A stretch of DNA of 64,000 bases from Macrostomum lignano (taxonomy: Eukaryota), in assembly GCA_002269645.1 (NCBI GenBank), contig NIVC01001086.1, positions 1 to 64,000 on the forward strand. The letters run 5' to 3'. Below the pieces are notes generated by a model. It was given only the letters and a program-made list of their open reading frames with translations, had not been told where the DNA came from and did no database searches. The translations under genes and the position numbers were made by a program. This document shows positions 9,936 to 20,518 of this stretch, in pieces (the first letter of the stretch is position 1; every line of letters starts with the position of its first letter).

Positions 9936-12879
9936 AATTGTAAGATTGTCTGAAATATAATAAAACTTATTAATTAATTATTAACAAGAAAAACTGTTGT
10001 TATTACAATAATAGACTTAAATTTACTTTAAAATATTAAGAATAGTTCTTTTGTAGGTTTCTATTTTATATATAAAAGCTAAGATAATAAATTTATAACT
10101 TAGCTAATAAAAACAATGCAACATTCTAGTCATAAAATAGCCTTACCAATATACCTTTATGAGTATATGTATATTATAATACTAGATTAATAAATGATTG
10201 GGCTTATAATATACTTTACATTTTTTGCACTATGCTTATTATTTATATTAGACCAACCCCCTATACTAGTTTTGACTACATGTGCAATACCCAGTAAATC
10301 TATCTAATTTGGCTAAGTGATAAAGTAGACCCTAGCTAAAGCAAGCATATCATAAACCAATCCAAGGCATTCTTCTCAAATCATTCATTAAACTGCTTTT
10401 CAATGATTTTTGCATTTTCTCTATTTTGGAAGCTGATTTTAGCATGTTTTGACATCCCCCAAGCTATTAAAACAGTAAAATTAACAACTTTTGTTTTTAA
10501 GCACTTTTTCCATCTCTAGACTAGAGCAAAGCAAAAAAGAAGTGAGCGAGTATAGTGAGTTAAACTTGTATTTATACTAACATAGCAAACAAGTTAGCTT
10601 AAATATATGTGATAAAATAATGGCTGGGATTGTGTGGGGAAGAGCATGATAGACAAAGGGGGTTGGCTAACTGAAAAGTACAAAGCTGAATTGCAAAACA
10701 GAAAGTATAAATCTAACATATGTTGTATGATATAGCACTGATGCTTGTTGGAAGTGTCTATGGTCCAAAAATATAAGTTGGTTAGAGGGATTGGAGAAAT
10801 CTGAGCACTTAGACTTATGTTCTTGCTGCTAATTAATTCTTGCTATGACCATTAACCAACTATTAAGTCTATAATACCATGTCAGGAAGCTGCCCTTAAA
10901 TTGTTAGGAATTTCTAAAGACAGAAAAAAGTGCTTAAAAAACAAAGTTCAAACCCAAGTTCAAACATTAAAAAAAACAGTTTTATAAATGATTTGAGTTT
11001 GAGAAAAATGCCTAATTCTTGTTATAGCCAATAGTTATTATCTTAGATAATGTTTGGCATAGATTGTCCCCTAGCAATGCAAGCATAGTTTGGCATATTG
11101 GGTTAGTCTAGGATAAGAAAAGGGGGAAGCATTTGGCACAGTTCAAACTATGGAAATAATATTCAATAGGAAAACCAATTAACATAATAAAAAAATTATA
11201 AAATCAATAGGCCTATACAAGGCAAAATATTAAAAATAAAATGATAAAAACAAAAGAAAAGCAGAAAAAACTTATATGATTAAAAAACAAACTAATTAAT
11301 AAAGGAACTTTATAAATCAAAGCAAAACTAAAGTCAAAGAAAAAAGGTTTTAATTGCAAAAAAAATCAAACCTAGGCCTATATATTGCAAAAAGGCTCTT
11401 TAGATATAAATAGAAAACTATTCTGGCTAGGTAGGCTAAAATTCAGATTGCATAGGCCAATGTATATTTGGTTGGCTTAGCTACTTTTTAGTCTTGCATT
11501 TCCTTCATTTTCTCTATTTTTCCTGATCCTATGCTATAGACAATCAACTATATATTGATAAACAAAGCCTAGCTATTTTATTTCTCAAATGGAGCCTATA
11601 TAGGGTATAGGGCATAGGGGTTTACAATCAATGGCAATGAGCATAGTAGCATAAACTAATTGGGCCCTAAGTCATGAAGTTTATCTTATTAGGGTAGGCC
11701 TAATAATGTTATATTTATTTAAACTATATAAAATATAGTATTGTCTATTGAATAGGCCCTATAAATATAATGGCTATATTGAGGCCGATGGTAAAAATTG
11801 TGGTTACTAAATTGAATTTTTGATGCCCCTAGGCCCTAGTATAACATTGAATGTGAATAAAACAATTCAATCAGACAGGCAGCAGGCTGAGCTGAGAAGT
11901 GAGGGTCAAAGGTATGCAATATTACACTTACAGAAAACTATGTTACAAAATTTTTGTCCAAATATATTAGACACAGCTTAAGGGAATTGAGTGGCCACAT
12001 TATTATTTCGTAATTTTAAAAAACTTATCCACAGTTACTCCTAATCATAATAACTAAGACTAAGACAAGTGCTTACTTACAATTAAGACAATTTAACAGC
12101 GCATTCAATCAGGCCGCCGTACAGACTGTAAACCAAATTCCATCAAATACCGGCACGCTTAGTATTACGAAATAAAACAAAAGCTGTGTCTTAAAACTCC
12201 ACTTTTAAAAAAACTTACAATAGAAGACAATTGGAACTAATTTTTATGTTCTTTTATTGTTTTAGAAATAATTTTTTTAACGAAAAAGCTTTACATTTCC
12301 TGCGACTAATGAAAATTTGACTTTTATATTCCATTGCTATTAATCGTCAGAATATTATACAAATAATTATTTACACCTGATTATTTTATTAATACCTCAA
12401 AGCTCAGTCGTGAAGTTTTGACAAAAAATGTATAAGCTTCTTCTCTATCACGTCACTTTCTGGTGCATTTTTTTTCTTTTTGCGTCAGTAGACTTCTACG
12501 CCAGCGGCATTTAAACTCGCAATTTGCAATAGCATAAATGGCCTCTTTAGGGAATATGTAACGAACAATAGAGCTATAACTATGGCAGTGTATGAGTTTT
12601 TATAATTTATTGTAAGAGAAATTTTCTGATTTCTAAAAACCTTAAAAAACTTTACTTTTAGGAAAATTTTTCTTTTTAGCATAATATATCCTGACTGACT
12701 TGATAGATTAAGATGGAATTGTCGCAATAATTAGTGAAAATTATACTTATTAATTAATAATATTATAAGATTCCTGCAGTATGGAATTATATTAGTCATA
12801 TAATGCATGTAATAAATATATTTATCTATACAATCTATACAATGCATGCTCTAAGACTTGCAAGGTCCCAGTTGCAAAT

Positions 12880-15800
12880 ATGGCACTCGTCTCTATGGAG
12901 ACCTCGATAACAAATGCCGGCTCCACAGAGGAGGCCGAAGCAATTGCCGGCGTCGGAATTGAGCAGAACAGTGCAGAGAGCCGCGCGCTGGTGCCGGTGC
13001 TGCCTGAAGAGTGGCCGCTGCCGCATCAGCAGCGCAGGCGCTACTACAACAATATGGAGTTCACCAGCGTCACGCACACGTCGGTGAATAAAGCCCAAGC
13101 CCACATGGAGCTGTTGCAAAACGCCATCGAGGACTGGATGGCCCAGCAGACGCCATCGCAGATTTCTCAACCTGCTCTGCGAAGCGGCAAGTCGCTCGGC
13201 ACGGCGAAGTCGACGGCGACGTCGGCAAAAAGTGCACCCGCAACTGCAGCCGGAAAGGCCGCCTCGTCTTTGGGTGACGCCTCGGCTAAGCAGGCGCCGC
13301 TGGAGGTTGTTGGAGTCGGTCAGCAGCAGCCGCAGCCGAACTTTGTCTACTACGAGGATGATCCAGGCGTGCCGTACCTCGGCGCCGAGGAGGTCGTGCA
13401 GGAAGTGATGCAGCTAATGGTGAAGCTGGAGAACGATCGGCTTCAGGCTGAGGAAGACATCCGACTGGAGCGGGGCAAAGTTATCGAGCTGGCCTCCAGG
13501 ATTGATCGATTGAGCGAGGCCAAGCTGCTGCAGATGCCAGTCGCTGTGCAGGCCGGTGAGTTATGCAATTTGTCATGCCAATTGATGATGTCATTAGTTT
13601 GGGGGGGGGGGCAAAGCAGTTCAGCGGTAACAGGTCTGACTCTCGCACCACACCTCAGACCCGGGGTTCGATTCCGTGCTCAGCTACAATCCCGCATTCA
13701 TTGGGGGCTTCTGTGCACGAAAACTGGCCTGGACTTGTCTTCGTGCGATTTACCTCAATGAGGGACAACCCCAAGGCACAGAGTGTACATGTCTGATGAT
13801 TAGATAGTCAGGGCCGCTGTACACTCTGTGTGAGTGTGTGTCTATGTCAGCGGAATGAGAGGAATTGCTTTTCCAGGGTACCCACAACCATCCTGTAATT
13901 TTAAAAGTATTTTTTATTATGGTTGCGTATATCATTTTTGACGTCACAAGCTTGCATCTGCCCATGTTCTCACTCTAATTTGAACTTCAATCGAAAAAAC
14001 CCAATTGATTTCCCCAGAACACGAGGCGTGCATCGAAGACATCGCCGAGCTCAACTGGCACGTGCAGAGCAAGCGCAAGAATTTGGAGAAAAGTCGCCGT
14101 CGGCACGCCAAAAGTGTCCGAATGAACGAGGAAATCAAAGAAGAGATGGCCTATATACGCGTGCATGAGTGAGCTCATAGATCTAGCATTTTATACACTC
14201 TCCGACAATCTCACATAAGTCGTTTTACAAATGATGCCGATTTTGACTTTTCAGTCCTCTTGTCAGAGAAAAACTTCAGCTGGAACTTAGCAAAATAGAC
14301 ACCATCAAGGAAGAAGGCAGCGATGTAAGACATTTTTAATCTAATTTGAATGTCACTATTCTATTTATTTGTCTACTTTTAGATGTACTTCTTGGTTTTT
14401 CACTCTGGAGTCTTTGTTACAGAACTTGCACTGCGCCAAATGCAGAAACTTCCTAAAGAATGTCCAACGTGAACTTAAGCCTCCCTAGATTTTGACCTCT
14501 CTTTTTTATTGTAAGTAAACACCTATTGACCCAATTAACCACGTGTTGCCCTTTGCTCCGACAGACTCGCAAAGAGATGCAAGACACAAAAAAGAAACTG
14601 GACCGGGTCGAAAAGAAGAACAAAGACGCGCACGGAGTGGCTAATCAGGAGCGCGCTCGCATGAAGGGCGAAGTAGACAAAGCGACGGACAACCTGCAGA
14701 AGGCGCGCGACGCGGTGCAAAAAAGCGAAGAGCAATTCGTCGAACTATGCGAACGGATCGTCAACTCTAAGGAGAAGAACCGCTCCAACAAGCAGGAGAT
14801 CGAGGAGCTGCGCGTCAAGAATGCGGCTGCCTACAAGCGACAGAATGAGCTGCAGGCCACTGTCGACGAGCTGACAAAAACTCTGCGCTACGAAGAGCAC
14901 CAGACGCGACTGCTGGACGAAGAACTGTACCAGACTCAGGACAACCACGAAAAGCTTGTGAGTGACCTCTCGTCCATCTGCGTTTCCACACTGGTTCTTC
15001 GTAAACTTTACTCTGACTCAAATATTGGTAAATAAAACGTTAAATAAATCCAGAAAGCCAACCAGGACGCCCAGAAAGCAGAGATGCAGGCGGCTGTGGA
15101 CCACAGCGAGGATCGGTACATATTCCTGCGCCGCGAAGCCGATGAACACGCCACGGAACTGCAGGACATGCAGGATCGCTTGAAGGACTGGTTCGTTTGC
15201 ATTGGTTTTCGTTTAAAATAAATTTCACGCAGACATACGAGTACATTTTAAGCATGAAAAGTCTAGTGTTACGCCATTTCAAAATTCTGCAGTGAGCGCC
15301 AAAAAGTGGACGACGAGAAGAACCTTGCCCGCATGGAGGCGGAGCTGGAGCGAACGCAGGAGGAAATGGAGCGCATCCTTGAGGAGTTCGGAAAAGTGGC
15401 CCAGGAGCACTCCAACGTGGCTAAGAAGCTGGAGAGCGAGGAGAAAAAAGTGATGTTTGTTGAAGACTCGCTCAAAGCCACGATCACGCAGCTGCAGAAG
15501 CAGGTTGAGGACGAGATTGCCACTCGCGAGCGGCTGATCGTTCGTATCGAAACAGACACGCGCGACCTGGGGAAATCCAAGGTCGAGGCCAAGGTCAGTT
15601 GCAGGGTCCAATCAGGATGTAAGTAAGGAGGTTTGTAGTACGAAAATTGTTGACTCCGGTCACATCGACCGGAGCGGATCAGTGGTGTGTGGAGTAGGCG
15701 AAAGTGGGTCTGAGGTTTGCCAGATTAATGTCAGCCGTAGGAGGGGTGAAATTCCATGACTTGAGGGTTGTCAGAGTGTAGGCACAGCGAGTGTTCACAA

Positions 15801-18047
15801 CATGGGATGGATATCAGGTACTCGTATCGCTTTTACTGCTTGAGAAGGGTTTTTTCAGCTAGCATTGATCATGAAGATGTGGAGAACGGTCCGGTTAGTC
15901 ACGAGCTAGGTTTGAATTTACGAGCTAGCAATCATTGTGTGCTGTCTAAATTAAGCGATCTGTCATTGTAGATTAGCTCCTATTAATAGGTGTTCATGGC
16001 ATAGCATCATCGGTTCAATCTCTCTCAACCAACAGGTGAAGAAGGCCAAACTGAAGAAAATGTCCGAAAAAATGGAGGTCCTGGTGTCGCAGATGCGCCA
16101 GAAGGTCGCGAAACTGCGCACCGAATCGGCCGAAAAGTGCGCCGTAGCCGATGCGCTTCAACGCGAGCTGGACGACCTCCTCGAAGAGCGGCGCCAAACC
16201 GAGGCTCGACTGGACGGTCGAATCGGCGAACTGCGGCCGAAGCACGAGGCCGAGAAGGCCGAAGTGGACCGTCTGGTGGCCAGGTTGGCCGAAATCGGCG
16301 AGCAGATCGAGATGATGAACAAGAAAATCCGGGACATCTATGACCAGACTGGCATGATCAAGCGGACTCAGATGAAGTTCACTGACGCAATCCGGATGCT
16401 TGAGTGAGGAGAGAAAGATGCAATTTTACCATTTTACCGGGTTAAGCACACATGCCCATTGACAATCTTATAAAATCCCACAAACCTACAACGGTTGTCA
16501 CCAACCCCAGGGATCAGATGCAGCAGTTGACACACGAGTTGTCAAAGTCGACCCGCAGCGACGATTCGTTGAAGGCGCAGCTGGCCGCAGTTCAGGCTCG
16601 AATGGCCTCCAGGGCGGACGAGCATCGGCGGCTGCAGGAGAACCGGCGGGAGACGCAGCGGCAGCTGGAGGTGAAAATAATTTGTCAATAATATTTATCT
16701 AACAGAATTCAACCTATACTACTGCTCTGCAACTCAAACAGTAGAACAGTACGCATTTGAGTAACATTTATACCCGGACACGCGTTTTAGAGCGAGTACA
16801 GGGCGGCTCTGGAGGAAAACCGTCGCCTTGCCGGGGACTATCGGGCCAGGCAGAACGAGGTCTTCCGCATGAAAGAGGACCTGCTGGACCTGTTGAACGA
16901 GATCCTGAGACGGGAGGAGGCTGTGCGCGACCTCAAGCAGGGGAAGCGGCTGCAAGAAAGACCCATTTCGCCCTCAAGACCTACCTGCGCTACAAGCAGC
17001 AGCTCACTGAACTGCAGATGGACGACATGCAGAGTCGCGGCCGGTGAGGGGACTCCCCGATGGGCCCAGTAATCTTCTTCTCACCGTGTTTTCTTATCAT
17101 ATCACTCTCATCTTATCGCCTCTCATCCAGTTGTCTCTCCTCAGCCTGTTGTCTCTTCTCACCCTATTGTCTCTTCTCCCCCTGTTGTCTCTTCTCCCCC
17201 TGTTGTCTCTTCTCCCCCTGTTGTCTCTTCTCCCCCTGTTGTCTCTTCTCCCCCTGTTGTCTCTTCTCCCCCTGTTGTCTCTTCTCCCCTGTTGTCTCTT
17301 CTCCCCCTGTTGTCTCTTCTCCCCCTGTTGTCTCTTCTTGTTGTCTCTTCTCCCCCTGTTGTCTCTTCTCCCCCTGTTGTCTCTTCTCCCCTTGTTGTCT
17401 CTCCTCAGCCTGTTGTCTCTTCTCACCCTATTGTCTCTTCTCCCCCTGTTGTCTCTTCTCCCCTTATTGTCTCTTCTCCCCTCTGCTATCATCTCACCTC
17501 TTATCTTATCGCCTCTCACCCAGTTGTCTCTTCTCACCCTGTTGTATTTCCTCACCCTGTTGTCTCTTTCACCCTGTTGTCTCTTCTCACCTTGTTGTCT
17601 CTTCTCACCCTGTTGCCTCTTCTCCCCCTGTCATCTCTTCTCACCCTGTTGTCTCTTCTCACCCTGTTGTCTCTTCTCACCCTGTTGTCTCTTCTCCCCC
17701 TGTTGCCTCTTCTCCCCCTGTCATCTCTTCTCACCCTGTTGTCTCTTCTCCCCCTGTTTTCTCTTCTCACACTGTTTTCTCTTCTCCCCCAGTCGTCTCT
17801 TTTCACCATGCGCATCTTCCTCACATCCTCTCGGATTTGTTATTTCTTGCTTTCACCATATCACTCTCCTCTCCCTCTCCCCCCTCACCACAGGGAAAAC
17901 CTGCACAAGACTCAGATCTTGGACTCCGAGATTCACCGCAACCTGGACGGCATCACTTCGTTCTTGACGTCCCAGATGGACGTTCTCATGCGAGGCCAGA
18001 GGGTTCAACAGGATCTTCCCGAAGGCGCTGCTGCCACTGCTGAGTGA
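12880..18047 (+). CDS. CCDC178: Long coiled-coil protein, CCDC178-like; exons 12880-13555, 14018-14168, 14255-14324, 14565-14957, 15054-15190, 15293-15593, 16036-16403, 16511-16670, 16791-17043, 17894-18047; about 887 aa; 1-nt deletion near 16957
   Basis: All GT-AG junctions are phase-compatible. EVMQLMVKLENDR...MPVAVQAEHEACIEDIAELNWH...PLVREKLQLE resembles CCDC178 as I recall it, and the length is similar. The start codon is not verified. Confidence 0.65.
17095..17885. repeat. 18-bp pyrimidine-rich minisatellite CTGTTGTCTCTTCTCCCC in the last intron of the CCDC178-like gene
   Basis: Tandem units; source of the LLSLLP/PVVSSP pseudo-ORFs. Confidence 0.92.
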
Positions 18048-18818
18048 ACTGCCACTGCTGAATAAACTGCCACTGCTGAGTGAACTGCCACTGATGAGTG
18101 AACTGCCACTGCTGAGTGAACTGCCACTGCTGAATGAACTGCCACTGCTGAGTGAACTGCCACTGCTGAATGAACTGCCACTGCTGAGTGAACTGCCACT
18201 GCTGAGTGAACTGCCACTGCTGAGTGAACTGCCACTGCTGAGTGAACTGCCACTGCTGAATAAACTGCCACTGCTGAGTGAACTGCCACTGCTGAGTGAA
18301 CTGCCACTACTGAGTGAACTGCCACTGCTGAATGAACTGCCACTGCTGAGTGAACTGCCACTGCTGAATGAACTGCCACTGCTGAGTGAACTGCCACTGC
18401 TGAGTGAACTGCCACTGCTGAGTGAACTGCCACTGCTGAGTGAACTGCCACTGCTGAGTGAACTGCCACTGCTGAGTGAACTGCCACTGCTGAGTGAACT
18501 GCCACTGCTGAGTGAACTGCCACTGCTGAGTGAACTGCCACTGCTGAATGAACTGCCACTGCTGAGTGAACTGCCACTGCTGAGTGAACTGTCACTGCTG
18601 AATGAACTGCCACTGCTGAATGAACTGCCACTGCTGAGTGAACTGCCACTGCTGAATGAACTGCCACTGCTGAGTGAACTGCCACTGCTGAATAAACTGC
18701 CACTGCTGAGTGAACTGCCACTGCTGAGTGAACTGCCACTGCTGAGTGAACTGCCACTGCTGAATAAACTGCCACTGCTGAGTGAACTGCCACTGCTGAG
18801 TGAACTGCCACTGCTGAG
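18031..18818. repeat. 18-bp minisatellite GCCACTGCTGAGTGAACT, about 43 copies, starting inside the last codons of the CCDC178-like gene
   Basis: The first unit supplies codons A-T-A-E and the TGA stop (18045-18047). Confidence 0.95.
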
Positions 18819-20518
18819 ACAAATTGCGAGTACAAATCGTAAAACAAAAATCACCTTCTATATACCTTTTCTAGGGCCCACAACCCCCCCCCCAGCAGTA
18901 GACTGTGATTCGACCACCTATCTTCTAGCGAAGCATGTAAATTCTGAATAAACTTTTAATAATTTTATCCTGCTTATTTTTCATTGACAAACATTTTTCG
19001 GCAAAAACCATTGCAGAGATTAACTGACTTTCTTTCATTTGGCACTGAAATAAGTAAATACCCTAGCCATAGCTTGGCCTCGGAGTGACAGCTCGGGACC
19101 ATAGGGCTGACTCTTATCAGAGCGAACCAAAGAGAGAAATTAGCCTAGATAAGTGCGGGACCGTTTGCGTCTCTCAAAACACCTGGCTTTGGGTGGATCT
19201 GTGAAGTTCAAGCCAAACAGAAATTGCCATTGCTTGACACCGTCTGTTCTACTGCAGGCTGACTCAAGACTTCATTGAGCTTTCAAATCGTAGGGTATCA
19301 TGCCCCTGCCTTCTCCATTCTCTCCCTTGCCCCTTCTCCTCCTTCCTTCTCCTTTCTACTCTCCCTCTCCTTTCTACTCTCCCTCTCTCCTGCCTCGCCT
19401 CTCTACTCTCCTTTTTTCTACTCCACCCATTCTATCTCCTGAAATTCAGAGGACGAAGCAAGTGCAACAACCAGTGTTCGCTCAGTGTCCCTGCCTGTCT
19501 AGGATAATGCATACTGTAAATCTTGTTGACGCCTGCGGTAAAGTTCATTGCCTGAATGTGCGTTAGTGCGCCCGTAGCAGGAGAGAAACTCCACAGCATT
19601 GTACCTTCTGTGTAATAATTGACGGCCAGAATGCTCAGCTTCAATGAGGCTGGCTCTGAAAGTCTTCATCAGCTCTGGATTATGGAGCGCAGGGCCTATC
19701 GCTCAGGCCTCACTGAGGATCTGGGGTAGCTGATTGCTAACAGCTAGCATTGGGAAGGACGAAGAACGGGGCGCAGAGAAACTGGCAGGCCGCCAGGGGG
19801 TGGCTGGGAAGCTGAGAACAGACCAGAGAAGAGATGAAGGGCTGCTGAAGCCTTTCTATAGCTGCACTGCCTCCATTGTTGTCTGCATGGCGCGCCTTTC
19901 TTAAGCGTCCGGAGGTGGGGTAGATACCTTGTCCTCATCTGTCCGTGTGTCTATGTGGTAACCATGACAACCATTTTTAGTTTGAGAGGCCGTTCACCGC
20001 GGTTCCGCTCTTCCCGATCCCCCCTCACTCTCTCTCTCCCCCATGCACTAACCTACCTGCCCGCCCAGTATTGTCCAATACACCTTTGTGCGCAATGTCA
20101 GAGGGTGGGGAGGCTCAGAGCAGCAGGGAATGGTGGGGAGGGCGAGGCCCTTGTCAAGGTGAGGCCGTGAGCTCAGCCGGGGCAGAGGGAGCCAGTTGAG
20201 CTCTCACTGCGGCCCCCTCCCGCCCTCTGATATTCTCAGGAGTGAGCCGGACCGCCCACCTCGGCCCTGCACTGCTCTGGCACTGCGCTGCGATGCAGGA
20301 GAAGAGGGAGAAAGAGAGAGAGAGAGAGGAAAGTACTAATGAAGAAAGGCTGTCCAAGCCGAACAAAAACACTAGACGCTCCTCCGGCGTGTCCACAGAA
20401 AACTTTTGCCAGTCCGTTTCGGCCAGCGGGCAAAGGTGAGAAAGCAATTAGAAGTAGAAATAATTTGGCGAGCAGGCGGGTTCGCGGAAACGGCGGAGAA
20501 ATTCAACAGGGCACGGAA

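Noticed and set aside
10000-12000. Fungal-type RIP or a hidden protein-coding gene in the AT-rich block
   Set aside because: CpA/TpG remain common, unlike RIP, and I could not build a credible spliced ORF. Only the CpG depletion is reported.
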